A stretch of DNA of 61,097 nt from Rhodocyclaceae bacterium (GCA_036518635.1 DATDMT010000054.1:1-61097); one strand, 5' to 3'; shown: positions 1-10,092, counted from the first letter of the stretch. Notes: generated from the sequence alone by a model not told the origin. Numbers and translations are program-made.

Positions 1-210
1 CCGCGCTTCGCCAGTTGCATCGCCGACAGCGAGGTGCTGATGGCGGTGCTCGACCGGGAGAACCTGACCCGCATCGTCGCCGACCACCCGGGCATGGGCG
101 TCAAGATCCTGATGGAATTGCTGATGCTGCTGAACCAGCGCCTGCGTATCGTCAGCAACGACCTGATGAAGTGCAACGCCGAGCGGAAAAAACGCATCGG
201 CATGCGCTGA
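1..210 (+). CDS. cyclic-nucleotide-binding domain protein, 3' fragment (5' end outside window)
   Basis: Frame 1 is open from nt 1 to TGA at 208-210; it is absent from the ORF track because there is no start in the window. Translation ...DSEVLMAVLDRENLTRIVADHPGMGVKILMELLMLLNQRLRIVSNDL resembles the end of cNMP-binding effector domains. High GC3. Confidence 0.5.
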   Translation, partial: PRFASCIADSEVLMAVLDRENLTRIVADHPGMGVKILMELLMLLNQRLRIVSNDLMKCNAERKKRIGMR

Positions 211-241
211 AGCGCCGGCCCGTCTCCGGGCCGAGATTGCC

Positions 242-880
242 TTACCCCATCCAGCCCTGATCCATCGCGTATTTGACGAAGCCCGCGGGCGTCGTGATGC
301 CCAGCTTGCGTCGCAGGCTGAGGCGATGGGTTTCCACCGTGCGCACGCTGATGTCCAGGCGCTGGGCGATGCGCTTGTTCGACAGGCCCTGGGCCAGCAG
401 CAGCAGGATTTCCCGCTCGCGGCCGGTGATCGGGTGCTCCTTGTCGGCGATCGGCTCGGTCAGCGCCGCCATCACCGCCGGATCGAAATGGCTGCCGCCG
501 GCGGCGACAGTTTCTATCGCCGCGATGATGCCCGCCACCGGCGTGTCCTTCAGCACATAGCCGCTGGCCCCGGCGCGGATCGCGCTGGCGACGTACTCGG
601 CCTTGTCGTACATGCTGAGGATCAGGGTCTTCATCCCCGGCTGGCGTTCCCGCAGCTTGAGGGTGAACTCGATGCCGTTCATGCCCTTCATGCTGATGTC
701 CACCAGCACCAGGTCCGGCTGCAGGCGCTCGGCCAGTTCCAGAGCTGCTTCGCCGTCGCCGGCGTCGCCCACCACGCGCAGGTTGCGCGTCGCATCGAGG
801 CGCGCCTTGAGGCCCTCGCGGACCAACGGATGGTCGTCCAGCAACAGCAGCTTGATGACTTCAGGGGCAGGCTTGTTCAT
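242..880 (-). CDS. NarL/FixJ-family response regulator (REC + LuxR-type HTH)
   Basis: Internal ATG of track ORF 242..1873. Starts MNKPAPEVIKLLLLDDHPLVREGL, with receiver Asp in LVLVDISMKGMNG and HTH GLSNKRIAQRLDISVRTVETHR. ATGA start/stop overlap with the upstream kinase. Confidence 0.9.
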   Translation of the reverse strand: MNKPAPEVIKLLLLDDHPLVREGLKARLDATRNLRVVGDAGDGEAALELAERLQPDLVLVDISMKGMNGIEFTLKLRERQPGMKTLILSMYDKAEYVASAIRAGASGYVLKDTPVAGIIAAIETVAAGGSHFDPAVMAALTEPIADKEHPITGREREILLLLAQGLSNKRIAQRLDISVRTVETHRLSLRRKLGITTPAGFVKYAMDQGWMG

Positions 881-2232
881 CGCGGCGCTCCCATCGGCAG
901 GCTGACGAACAGGGTCGAAGCGCCTGGCTGGGACTCGATCTGGAACTGCCCGCCGAGATATTCGATGCGCTCGCGCATATTGCGCAGACCGATGCCCTGC
1001 TGGCGCCGGTTCATCTGCTCGATGTTGAAGCCGACGCCGTTGTCGCCGATGGTCAGGCGGATGGTGTCGCCTTCCTCGCAGAGGCTGGCTTCCACCTGGC
1101 TGGCGTGGGCGTGGCGCTCGATATTGGTCAGCGCCTCCTGGGCGATGCGGAACAGGGTCAGGGCGGTGTTCTCCGGCAGCGGCCGGCCCACCGGCTCGAC
1201 GCGGATGTTCACCATCAGCCCGGTGCGGGTGCCGAAATCGGCCAGCAGTTGCTCCAGGGCCACCGACAGGCCCAGGTCGTCGAGCAGGGTGGGGCGCAGG
1301 TCGTGGGAGATACGACGTACCTCGGCGATGGCGCCGCCGAGATTTTCCAGGCCCTTCCTCAGGTCGGCCAGGGGCTCGCCTTCGCCGCTTTCCAGCCGGT
1401 GCTCGGCCAGCTCGAACTGGAACTTGATCGACACCAGCAATTGGCTGATGCCGTCGTGCAACTCGCGCGACACGCGCGAGCGTTCTTCCTCCTGCATGGT
1501 GACGATGCGCTGGGTCAGCTCCTTCTGCTTGCGGTCGGCCAGCCGGTGTTCGCTGACGTTGAGCATGATGCCGCCGGCAAACACCACCAGCACCGACACG
1601 GCGGCGATCGCCGCCAGGGTCAGCATGGTGTCGTGGATGTTGGCGGCGACGTCGTCGCGCACCTTGCGCGTGGTGCGCTCGACATCGTCGAGATACAGGC
1701 CTGTGCCGAGCACCCAGCCCCAGCGCTTGACCGGCACCACGTAGCCGATCTTTTCCGCCATCTGCTGGTTGGAGGGCTTCTCCCACTGGTAGCGCAGATA
1801 GCCGCCACCCTTCTGCGCCTGCTCGATCAGACCCTGGATCACCGCCACGCCCTGCGGGTCGCGCAGCTTCCACCAGTTGTTGCCGACCATCTCCGGCTTG
1901 CGCGGATGGACCAGATTGGTGCCGGCCTGGTCGTAGACGAAAAAGTAGCCGTCGTCGCCGTAGTTCATGTCCTTCAGCAGCGCCTGGGCCCGCGCCTGGG
2001 CTTCCTTTTCCGAAACCCCGTCGGCATGCAGATGGTCGATGGCGGTGGTCGCCATATGCACGTAATTGGTCAGCTCTTCGCGCCGCGAGGCGAGGAAGCG
2101 CTCCTCGATCAGGGTCGCCTGGCGGTCCGCCAGTTGCGCGCTCTGGGTGCTGACCACATAGGCCAGCGCGGCGATCACCAGCAGCATCGGCAGCACGGTC
2201 AGCAGAATGATCCGGTACTGAAGTTTCAGCAT
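877..2232 (-). CDS. sensor histidine kinase, periplasmic single-Cache sensor + HisKA_3 + HATPase
   Basis: Has an N-terminal TM, a Cache-like block DGYFFVYDQAGTNLVHP...GGYLRYQWEKP and a second TM. H-box SRELHDGISQLL; ATP-lid motifs NIERHAHA, DNGVGF, GIGLRNM. Confidence 0.9.
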   Translation of the reverse strand: MLKLQYRIILLTVLPMLLVIAALAYVVSTQSAQLADRQATLIEERFLASRREELTNYVHMATTAIDHLHADGVSEKEAQARAQALLKDMNYGDDGYFFVYDQAGTNLVHPRKPEMVGNNWWKLRDPQGVAVIQGLIEQAQKGGGYLRYQWEKPSNQQMAEKIGYVVPVKRWGWVLGTGLYLDDVERTTRKVRDDVAANIHDTMLTLAAIAAVSVLVVFAGGIMLNVSEHRLADRKQKELTQRIVTMQEEERSRVSRELHDGISQLLVSIKFQFELAEHRLESGEGEPLADLRKGLENLGGAIAEVRRISHDLRPTLLDDLGLSVALEQLLADFGTRTGLMVNIRVEPVGRPLPENTALTLFRIAQEALTNIERHAHASQVEASLCEEGDTIRLTIGDNGVGFNIEQMNRRQQGIGLRNMRERIEYLGGQFQIESQPGASTLFVSLPMGAPR

Positions 2233-2417
2233 GCCTCCTCCGTTCCTCCTCCCCGCTTGGTCGCGGGTGTGTGGCGCAGTGTATTGCCCCCGCTGGCGAT
2301 TGGACAGGGTTGCGGGCTGCGTAGTTTTACCGATGGCGAGCGGCGCAGGCCATGGCTAGAGTGCCGAACGAGCATTGGATGAAGTTTCAATTTTTACAAC
2401 ACGAAGGAGGAAACGAA

Positions 2418-3656
2418 ATGAAGAAGACAATCATTGGCGGCCTGCTGGTCGCCCTGCTCGGCAGCTCTGCCGCCTTCGCGGCGGACAGCATCAAGATCGC
2501 CATCACCGGCCCCTTCAGCGGTGGTTCGGCACCCATGGGCGCCTCCATGCGCGACGGTGCCAAGCTGGCGATCAACACCATCAATGCCAAGGGCGGCGTG
2601 GATGTCGGCGGCAAGAAGCTCAAGTTCGAAGTGGTCGAACGCGACGACGAAGCCAAGAACGAACGCGGCGCCCTGATCGCCCAGGAACTGGCGGCGATGA
2701 GCGACCTTTCCGGCGTCATCGGCACGGTGAATACCGGCGTCGTGCTGGCCGGCGACAAGCACCTGCAGGAGAAGGGCATCGTCAAGATCATCACCCCGGC
2801 CGCCGGCTCGGCCTCGATGACCCAGTGGCGCGACGCCAAGGTGCCGAACCTGTCGATCTTCCGCTTCGCCGCCCATGACGGCATCCAGGCGGCGATGGTG
2901 GTGGAGGAGGCGATCAACCGCAAATTCACCAAGGTGGCGATCGTCCATGACGCCACCAACTACGGCGTCTCCGGCCGCAACGACTTGGTGGACCAGATCG
3001 CCAAGCAGGGCAACAAGCTGGAAGTGGTCGCCACCGAGAAGTTCAACATCGGCGACAAGGACATGAGCGCGCAACTGCTGCACGCCAAGTCCGCCGGCGC
3101 CCAGGCGATCCTGATCTGGGGCATTGGCCCGGAACTGGCGGCGGTCTCCAACGGCATGGCCAAGATCGGCATGAAGGTGCCGCTGATCGGCGGCTGGACC
3201 CTGTCGATGGCCAACTACATCGACAACGCCGGCAAGAATGCCGACGGCACGCTGATGCCGCAGACCTTCATCGAGGAAGCGGTAACGCCGCAGACCAAGG
3301 CCTTCATCGAGTCCTATCACAAGACCTACAACGTCACGCGGATTCCCTCGCCGGTGTCCGCCGCCCAGGGCTATGACGCGGTGCTGATCTTCGCCGCGGC
3401 AGTGAAGCAGGCCGGCAGCACCGATTCGAAGAAGATCAAGGAAGCCCTGGAAGACCTGAAGGAGCCGGTGCCGGGCGTGATCGCCACCTGGAACAAGCCC
3501 TTCAGCAAGTGGGATCCGGCCGATGAATCGACCCATGAAGCCTTCCGCCGCGAACAGACGGTGATGGGCATGGTCAAGGACGGCCATGTGACCTTCGCCA
3601 ACGAAGCCGACCGGGCACGCCTGGCCAAGGCTTCCGGCGGCAAGAAGGCCAAGTAA
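2418..3656 (+). CDS. ABC transporter periplasmic substrate-binding protein, Leu/Ile/Val-binding (LivK/LivJ-like) family
   Basis: ATG 2418 sits behind GAAGGAGG. Signal peptide MKKTIIGGLLVALLGSSAAFA; type-I PBP motif IKIAITGPFSGGSAPMG. It is followed by Liv-type permease and ATPase genes. Confidence 0.9.
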   Translation: MKKTIIGGLLVALLGSSAAFAADSIKIAITGPFSGGSAPMGASMRDGAKLAINTINAKGGVDVGGKKLKFEVVERDDEAKNERGALIAQELAAMSDLSGVIGTVNTGVVLAGDKHLQEKGIVKIITPAAGSASMTQWRDAKVPNLSIFRFAAHDGIQAAMVVEEAINRKFTKVAIVHDATNYGVSGRNDLVDQIAKQGNKLEVVATEKFNIGDKDMSAQLLHAKSAGAQAILIWGIGPELAAVSNGMAKIGMKVPLIGGWTLSMANYIDNAGKNADGTLMPQTFIEEAVTPQTKAFIESYHKTYNVTRIPSPVSAAQGYDAVLIFAAAVKQAGSTDSKKIKEALEDLKEPVPGVIATWNKPFSKWDPADESTHEAFRREQTVMGMVKDGHVTFANEADRARLAKASGGKKAK

Positions 3657-3671
3657 ACAGCCAACCGGGAA

Positions 3672-3691
3672 GAGGGGGCTCGCGCCCCCTC
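3672..3691 (+). promoter_or_regulatory. intercistronic stem-loop between the binding-protein and permease genes
   Basis: Perfect 8-bp stem GAGGGGGC (3672-3679) / GCCCCCTC (3684-3691), 16 nt after the stop codon, with no T-run. This position is typical of mRNA-stabilising or attenuating hairpins in ABC operons. Confidence 0.4.
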
Positions 3692-3702
3692 GAAAAAACA
3701 TC

Positions 3703-4581
3703 ATGGATATTTCCGTAATCAGCCAGATCGTCGTCAGCGGCGCGCTGATGGGCCTGGTGTACGCCCTGATCGCCTACGGCTTTCAGCTCACCTTCGCCAC
3801 CAGCAAGACCATCAACTTCGGTCAGGGCGAACTGGTGATGCTGTCGGCCCTGTTCAGCCTGACCCTGACCAACTTCGGCCTGCCCTATTGGGTGATGGTG
3901 CCCGGCGGTCTGGCCTTCGGCGCCCTGCTCGGGCTCTGCGTCGAACGTGCCGCGGTGCGCCTGGCGCTGGAGCAGAAGAGCGAAGGCTGGATTCTGCTGT
4001 CGATCATCATCGGCCTGTTCGGCTTCTCCACCGCCGAGAACATCTGGGGCCGCGACGACCATCCCTTCCCGACGCCGATTTCTTCCGACCCGATCCACGT
4101 CCTCGGCGTGGACATCACGCCCCTGGAAATCTCGGTGGCCATCGGCGTGCTCGGCATCATGGGCCTGATCGAACTGTTCAAGCGCCGCACCCTTATGGGC
4201 AAGGCCTTCGAGGCGGTCTCCGCCGACCGCGATGCGGCCGAGTTGATGGGCATCTCCTCCACCCGCACGGTGATGCTGTCCTACGGCCTCTCCGGCTCGG
4301 TAGCGGCCCTGGCCGGCATCCTCGTCGCGCCGATCACCACCGTCGGCCCAACCATGGCTGCGGCGCTGATCCTCAAGGCATTCTCGGTGGCGGTGGTGGC
4401 CGGCCTCGAATCCGGTTTCGGCGTGGTCCTGGTGGGCCTGTTCCTCGGCGCCCTGGAAAACGTCGCCAGTCTTTACCTCGGCAGCGGCTGGCGCGAAGCG
4501 CCCGGCCTGGTGCTGTTGATCCTCGCCCTGGCGCTACGGCCCAACGGCATTTTCGGCAAAGCCAGCATTCGCAAGGTCTGA
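3703..4581 (+). CDS. branched-chain amino acid ABC transporter permease (LivH-like)
   Basis: 292 aa and polytopic. Contains GQGELVMLSA and the ...AFSVAVVAGLESGFG... motifs typical of LivH. Confidence 0.9.
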   Translation: MDISVISQIVVSGALMGLVYALIAYGFQLTFATSKTINFGQGELVMLSALFSLTLTNFGLPYWVMVPGGLAFGALLGLCVERAAVRLALEQKSEGWILLSIIIGLFGFSTAENIWGRDDHPFPTPISSDPIHVLGVDITPLEISVAIGVLGIMGLIELFKRRTLMGKAFEAVSADRDAAELMGISSTRTVMLSYGLSGSVAALAGILVAPITTVGPTMAAALILKAFSVAVVAGLESGFGVVLVGLFLGALENVASLYLGSGWREAPGLVLLILALALRPNGIFGKASIRKV

Positions 4582-4585
4582 CACC

Positions 4586-6544
4586 ATGAAACGATTCCTC
4601 CTGATCCGTGGCGCCGAACTGGCGGCCCTGCTGTTCCTCGCCGCCATTCCGCTGCTGGTGACCAATCCCTTCGCCCTCGGCCTGCTGACCCTGCTGGCGA
4701 TCTACGGCATCCTCTTGATCGGCCTCGACGTCACCGTCGGCTATCTCGGCCAGGTCAATCTGGCCCAGGCCGCCTTCCTCGGCATCGGCGCCTACACCGC
4801 CGGCCTCTTGGTGATGAAGCTCGGCGCCGGCCTGTTGCCGTCCCTGGCCGCCGCCTTCGTGCTGTGCCTGGTGATCGGTTCGCTGCTGGCGCTGCCGGCG
4901 TTGCGTCTGGAAGGCCCGCAGTTCGCCCTGGCGACCCTGAGCTTCCTGGCGCTGACCACCACCGTGTTGAACGAGTGGGAAGGCCTGACCCACGGCGCCG
5001 AGGGCCTCTCGCTGACCCGGCCGCCGCTGTTCGGCATCGCGCTTGATGCGCCGGGCTTCTACTGGCTTTGCCTGGGCTTGCTGGCCCTGGTCTGGATGGG
5101 CATGCGCAACCTGCTGTCCTCGCAATGGGGGCGGGCCTTCGAGGCCCTGCGCGACAGCCCCATCGCCACCGATGCGATGGGCGTCGGCACCTACCGCCAC
5201 AAGGTCATCGCCTTCGCCTTCGGCTCCGCCCTGGGCGGCCTGGCCGGTGGCCTCTACGCCTTCAACTTCCAATACCTGCAGCCGCAAAGCTTCGTCTACG
5301 AGCTGATGGTGATCCTACTCCTCGGTGTGGTGCTCGGCGGGCGTAAAAGCCTGTGGGGCGCCTTGGTGGGCGCAGCACTTATCGTGCTGTTGCCCAACCT
5401 TTTGTCCAACCGCACCCTGTTCCAGGTGTTTTCCGCCATCGGCCTGATCGTCGCCCTCGGCGCCGGCATCAGCGGCCTGGCACGTAAATCCGTCGGCCGC
5501 TTCCAGGCGGTGGCGCCGATGGCTGCCATGGGCCTGCTGACCGTCGGCAGCCTGCTGGTGAGCAATACCGAAGACTGGCGCAAGGCGATCTTTGCCCTGA
5601 TGCTGTTCGCTGTGGTGGTGGGCCTGCCGGAAGGCTTGATGGGCTATGCCGCCGGCGCCCTGACGCGGCTGTTCCGCGTACCGCCGGCACCACTGCCGCA
5701 ACCCATGCCGCTGGACGAAGTGCTGCCGCTGCAGCCGGTGTCGGAACAGACCCTGCTCGAACTGCGTGAGCTGAAGCGCTACTTCGGCGGCGTCAAGGCG
5801 GTGGACGGCGTTTCCCTGACCATCCGCTCCGGCCATGTGCACGGCCTGATCGGCCCCAACGGCTCGGGCAAGTCCACCGCGGTGAACGTGATCTCCGGCC
5901 TGTATTCCCCCAGCGGCGGCGACATCCTGCTGGATGGCGTTTCCCTGCCGCGCGGCAGCCTGTTTGCCGTGGCCGGCGCCGGCATCGCCCGCACCTTCCA
6001 GAACCTGCAATTGTTCAGCGAGCTGACGGTGATCGACAACGTCATGGTGGCGCTGCGCGACACCTACCGCACGCCCTGGCCCTTCGTCCTGCTCGGCTTC
6101 GCCCGCGGCGAGGAGCGCCGGGCGCAAGCGGCGGCGATGGCCCTGCTGGAACTGGTCGGCCTGGCCGATCAGGCCCAGGCCAAGGCCCGCGACCTGACCT
6201 ATGGCGCCCAGCGCTTCCTCGAAATCGCCCGTGCCCTGGCGCGCAAGCCGCGGCTGCTGATCCTCGACGAGCCGGCCGCCGGCCTCGCCCATCCGGACGT
6301 CAACGTGCTGGTGGAGATCATCAAGCGGGTCCATGGCCGCGGCATCACCATGATCCTGATCGAACACCACATGGACGTGGTCTGCGAACTCTGCGATTCA
6401 GTCACCGTGCTCGACGGCGGCCGCATCATCGCCGAGGGCGAGCCGGACATCGTCAAGCGCGATCCCAAGGTGGTCGAGGCCTACCTCGGCGCCATGGCCG
6501 CCGATAGCGAACCCCCTGCCGCCGCCGTGGCCGCGGCCGCCTGA
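4586..6544 (+). CDS. fused LivM-like permease / LivG-like ATP-binding protein
   Basis: 652 aa. The N-terminal ~360 aa form a polytopic permease. The C-terminal half has Walker A GPNGSGKST, Q-loop, LSYGAQRFLEIARAL-type signature (TYGAQRFLEIARAL) and Walker B LLILDEPAAGL. Confidence 0.85.
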   Translation: MKRFLLIRGAELAALLFLAAIPLLVTNPFALGLLTLLAIYGILLIGLDVTVGYLGQVNLAQAAFLGIGAYTAGLLVMKLGAGLLPSLAAAFVLCLVIGSLLALPALRLEGPQFALATLSFLALTTTVLNEWEGLTHGAEGLSLTRPPLFGIALDAPGFYWLCLGLLALVWMGMRNLLSSQWGRAFEALRDSPIATDAMGVGTYRHKVIAFAFGSALGGLAGGLYAFNFQYLQPQSFVYELMVILLLGVVLGGRKSLWGALVGAALIVLLPNLLSNRTLFQVFSAIGLIVALGAGISGLARKSVGRFQAVAPMAAMGLLTVGSLLVSNTEDWRKAIFALMLFAVVVGLPEGLMGYAAGALTRLFRVPPAPLPQPMPLDEVLPLQPVSEQTLLELRELKRYFGGVKAVDGVSLTIRSGHVHGLIGPNGSGKSTAVNVISGLYSPSGGDILLDGVSLPRGSLFAVAGAGIARTFQNLQLFSELTVIDNVMVALRDTYRTPWPFVLLGFARGEERRAQAAAMALLELVGLADQAQAKARDLTYGAQRFLEIARALARKPRLLILDEPAAGLAHPDVNVLVEIIKRVHGRGITMILIEHHMDVVCELCDSVTVLDGGRIIAEGEPDIVKRDPKVVEAYLGAMAADSEPPAAAVAAAA

Positions 6545-6555
6545 AGGAGAACCCG

Positions 6556-7272
6556 ATGCTGAAAGTTTCCAACCTGCATGCCGGTTACGGCGGCGCCGAA
6601 GTGCTGACCGGCGTCAATCTCGAAGTCAAGGCCGGCAGCGTGGTCGCCCTGATCGGCGCCAACGGCGCCGGCAAGACCACTACCATGCGCGCCATCTCCG
6701 GCATGGTCCGGCCCAGCAAGGGCCAAGTGACCATCGAGGGCGAACACGTCGAGGGCCTCGCCGCCTCGCGCATCGCCCGTCTCGGTCTGGCCCACTCGCC
6801 GGAAGGGCGCAAGGTCTTCGGCCCCCTGTCGGTGGAGGACAACCTGCTGCTCGGCGCCTATCGCCGCCTGCCGCGCTTTTTCGGTTTCCGCGAAAAGGCC
6901 CAGGAGGAACTGGACAAGGTCTACAACCTGTTTCCCCGCCTCAAGGAACGCTATCGCCAGGCCTCCGGCACCCTCTCCGGCGGCGAGCAGCAGATGCTCG
7001 CCATCGGTCGCGCGCTGATGGCGCAACCCAAGGTGGTGCTGCTCGACGAGCCCTCGATGGGGTTGGCACCGGTGATTGTTCAGGAAGTGTTTTCCATCGT
7101 CCGTCGCCTCAAGGAAGCCGGCATCACCTTGCTGCTGGTGGAGCAGTTCGCCAAGAGCGCGCTGGAAGTGGCCGACTACGCCTACGTGATGGAGCGCGGC
7201 CACATCGCCGTGGCCGGCACGCCGGCCGAGCTGCGCCGCGACGAGCGGGTGTTGGCCGCCTATCTGGGTTAA
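6556..7272 (+). CDS. branched-chain amino acid ABC transporter ATP-binding protein (LivF-like)
   Basis: Walker A GANGAGKTT, signature LSGGEQQMLAIGRAL, Walker B VVLLDEPSMGL. RBS GAAGGAGA lies upstream. Confidence 0.9.
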   Translation: MLKVSNLHAGYGGAEVLTGVNLEVKAGSVVALIGANGAGKTTTMRAISGMVRPSKGQVTIEGEHVEGLAASRIARLGLAHSPEGRKVFGPLSVEDNLLLGAYRRLPRFFGFREKAQEELDKVYNLFPRLKERYRQASGTLSGGEQQMLAIGRALMAQPKVVLLDEPSMGLAPVIVQEVFSIVRRLKEAGITLLLVEQFAKSALEVADYAYVMERGHIAVAGTPAELRRDERVLAAYLG

Positions 7273-7326
7273 GCAGTTCTGCAGCAAAGCAGCACCACAA
7301 AACAAAACTTATCTACGGAGAAGCTC

Positions 7327-7812
7327 ATGAGAACAGCATTTCGCAGTGCCCTCGGGGCACTTTGTGCAGTCGCTACCCTGGCGACCGCCGGCGCCGCCGA
7401 GGCGCAACTGATGGACAAGAAGGCGCTGACCCTGGCCGAGGCGCGCAAGGCCATGCAGGCGGCCACGGCCGAGGCCAAGAGCAACGGCTGGAACGTGGTG
7501 ATCGTGGTGGTGGATGACGCCGGCTACCCGCTGACCCTCGACCGCCTCGACAACACCCAGCGCCCCAGCGTGGACATCGCCGTCGGCAAGGCCCGCACCG
7601 CCGCCCTGTTCCGCCGCCCCAGCGCGGCGCTGGAGGACACGATCAACAAGGGCCGTAACGCCTTCCTCTCGGTGGACGGTTATGTGTTCCTGCAAGGCGG
7701 CATCCCGATCGTTGTCGGCGGCGACGTGATCGGCGCGGTGGGCGTCTCCGGGGTCAAGTCCGAGCAGGACGAGCAAGTGGCCAAGGCCGGCGCCGCCGCA
7801 GTCGGCCGCTGA
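7327..7812 (+). CDS. secreted GlcG/HbpS-like (DUF336) heme-binding family protein
   Basis: Signal peptide MRTAFRSALGALCAVATLATAGAAEA. Family motifs VVIVVVDDAGYPL, AVGKARTAALF and GGIPIVVGGDVIGAVGVSG. Confidence 0.8.
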   Translation: MRTAFRSALGALCAVATLATAGAAEAQLMDKKALTLAEARKAMQAATAEAKSNGWNVVIVVVDDAGYPLTLDRLDNTQRPSVDIAVGKARTAALFRRPSAALEDTINKGRNAFLSVDGYVFLQGGIPIVVGGDVIGAVGVSGVKSEQDEQVAKAGAAAVGR

Positions 7813-7952
7813 TTTCCTGAGCTTCCGCAGCCGGCACTCGTCGCGAGTGCCGCCGCCTGCGCTCGGCTGAATGCCGAGGGCGGGGCGCTGCGCGCCTAAA
7901 CCTGTTTTGCACTCGGATTCATGCTGCTTGCGCAGCGTGGAGGGGAATCGCC

Positions 7953-9590
7953 ATGCCCAATTTCAGCAAATGCAGCATCGGCATCAAGCTGCTGATTGCG
8001 CCGGCCACCATCGCCGCGCTGCTGCTCTGCCTCACTGCCGGGGCGATGTTTGGCCTGATGCGCTCGCAGGCGGCGCTCGGCCAGGTGTACGACGTCAACC
8101 TGCCCTTCCTGGCCCAGGCCCATGGCATCGAGACCTCGCTGCATCGTGCCCATGTCAGCCTGTATCGCCTGCTGTCCCAGGCTGCGGCGGGTTTCGACGG
8201 CAGCAAGTTGAACGCCGAGGGGGGCGCGATCCAGGCCGATCTGCAGCAGGCGGTCAAGCGCGTCCAGGGCTTCAGCCAGGATGCCCGCCTGAGCGAGGAG
8301 GAGCGTCGCAGCCTGGGCGAGCTGGCCGGCAAGATCGAGCTGTATCGCAAGACCACCGCCGACACGGTGGATATCGCCCTGGTCCAGGTGTCGATGGCGA
8401 CCACCTTCATGACCAAGGCCGATGCCCAGTACGACGCGGCGCTGGCCCTGGCGCAGAAATTCGCCGCGGCGCGGACGGCCGATTCGGAACGGGCCAAGGC
8501 GGCGGTGGCCGGCGACGCTCGCCTAGCCCTGCCGTTGCTGGCCGGCGGCGGCGCGCTGTGCCTGCTGGCCGCGACCTGGGTGACGCTGGCAGTGCGGCGC
8601 TCGATCCTGGCGCCGGTGGAGGACATGCGCAGCGTCGCCGAACGCCTGAGCGGCGGCGACCTGACGGCGCGGGTGGCGGTGACTGGCAGCGACGAGATCG
8701 CCCGCAGTTCGGCGGCGCTGAATGCCTTCGCCGACCATCTGCACGACATCGTCCAGGGCGTGATAGCGACGGCGCAGCGGCTGGCCCAGGCCGCCGCCGA
8801 GAGCAACCGCGAGTCGGCGCAGGCCGCCGACCGCTCGGGGCGCCAGGCGGATACCGCGGCGACGGTGGCCGGCCTGATCCAGGACATGATCGGCGCCCTC
8901 GGCGTGATCAACCAGCATGCCGACGCGCTGCGCCAGGCGGCCGCCACCAGCCGTGAATCCACCGAAGCCGGCCGGGTCAGCGTGCAGTCCATCGCCGGCG
9001 AGATGGGGGTGGTGAATTCCGCCTTCGGCTCGATCCAGGGTTCGGTCGAGGAGTATGTGGAAAGCATGATGTCGATCCAGTCGCTGACGGTGCAGGTCAA
9101 AGATCTGGCGGAGCAGACCAATCTGCTGGCGCTGAATGCGGCGATCGAGGCGGCCCGCGCCGGCGACATGGGCCGAGGCTTCGCCGTGGTGGCCGACGAG
9201 GTGCGCAAACTGGCGGAAAAGTCGGCGTCCGCTGCGGCCGACATCGATGCCGTCACCACCTCCATCGGCAGCCGCTCCGACCAGACCGGCGCCGCCCTGC
9301 AGCGAGGCCAACATGCCTTGGCTGCCTGTTCGCGCCAGGTGACGCAACTGCAGGATGTGTTCGGCCGCTCGAGCCTCACGGTGGCGACCACCGCCGAGGG
9401 CGCTGCCGAAATCGCCCGCCGCGTCGAGCAGCAAACCCAGGCCGGCCAGGCCGTCGCCAGCGGCGCCAGCGAAATCGCCGGGATGGCCGAGGCCGGCGCG
9501 GCGACCGGCATCAAGACCAAGGAATCCGCCCAGATCCTCGACCGGCTGGCGTCGTCTCTCGCCGAGTCGGTCTCGGGTTTCAAAACGTAG
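7953..9590 (+). CDS. methyl-accepting chemotaxis protein (helical periplasmic sensor, HAMP, MA domain)
   Basis: Two TM segments flank a ~170-aa helical domain. [14 protein letters not shown]; signalling hairpin [38 protein letters not shown]. Confidence 0.9.
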   Translation: MPNFSKCSIGIKLLIAPATIAALLLCLTAGAMFGLMRSQAALGQVYDVNLPFLAQAHGIETSLHRAHVSLYRLLSQAAAGFDGSKLNAEGGAIQADLQQAVKRVQGFSQDARLSEEERRSLGELAGKIELYRKTTADTVDIALVQVSMATTFMTKADAQYDAALALAQKFAAARTADSERAKAAVAGDARLALPLLAGGGALCLLAATWVTLAVRRSILAPVEDMRSVAERLSGGDLTARVAVTGSDEIARSSAALNAFADHLHDIVQGVIATAQRLAQAAAESNRESAQAADRSGRQADTAATVAGLIQDMIGALGVINQHADALRQAAATSRESTEAGRVSVQSIAGEMGVVNSAFGSIQGSVEEYVESMMSIQSLTVQVKDLAEQTNLLALNAAIEAARAGDMGRGFAVVADEVRKLAEKSASAAADIDAVTTSIGSRSDQTGAALQRGQHALAACSRQVTQLQDVFGRSSLTVATTAEGAAEIARRVEQQTQAGQAVASGASEIAGMAEAGAATGIKTKESAQILDRLASSLAESVSGFKT

Positions 9591-9623
9591 TTCCCTTCAT
9601 CAACCCACGCAGGAGATCAGCCC

Positions 9624-10085
9624 ATGAAAAAAATCTATAACCGTACCGCCTTTGCCTTCTTCCTTGCCCTCTGCTCCGGCGCCGCCCTGGCGCAGGAGCA
9701 CGGCAGCGCCGACGACGCCAAGAAGATGGTGGTCGGCGCCATCGCCCACATCAAGGAAGTCGGCGCCGAAAAGGCCTTTGCCGAGTTCAGCGAAGGCGAC
9801 AAATGGAAGTTCAAGGACGTGTACCTGTTCTGCTACCAGTTCACCGGCACCAATGTCTGCCACGGCGCCAACAAGGCGCTGATCGGCAAGAACCTGATCG
9901 ACATGAAGACCGCCGACGGCCAGCCGCTGATCGCCAATATGATCGGCATCGCCAAGAGCAATGGCATGGGCTGGATCGACTACCAGTGGCCGCACCCGGT
10001 GACCAAGAAGATCGAGGGTAAGAAGGCCTACATCCAGCGCATTCCCGGCTATGAGGGCTTTGTCGGCGCCGGGGTGTACCAGTAA
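9624..10085 (+). CDS. secreted stand-alone single-Cache (sCache_2-like) domain protein
   Basis: Signal peptide MKKIYNRTAFAFFLALCSGAALA, then AKKMVVGAIAHIKEVGAEKAFAEF...VYLFCYQFTG...GWIDYQWPHP...GFVGAGVY. This resembles the Cache sensor of the kinase at 877..2232. Confidence 0.75.
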   Translation: MKKIYNRTAFAFFLALCSGAALAQEHGSADDAKKMVVGAIAHIKEVGAEKAFAEFSEGDKWKFKDVYLFCYQFTGTNVCHGANKALIGKNLIDMKTADGQPLIANMIGIAKSNGMGWIDYQWPHPVTKKIEGKKAYIQRIPGYEGFVGAGVYQ

Positions 10086-10092
10086 ACGGGGG

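Noticed and set aside
2233-2417. Possible sigma-54 promoter (TGGC...TTGC-like strings) in the divergent region between the Cache kinase and the Liv-type operon.
   Set aside because: The GG and GC elements are not at the required spacing in either candidate (17 or 10 nt instead of 12 between the dinucleotide positions).
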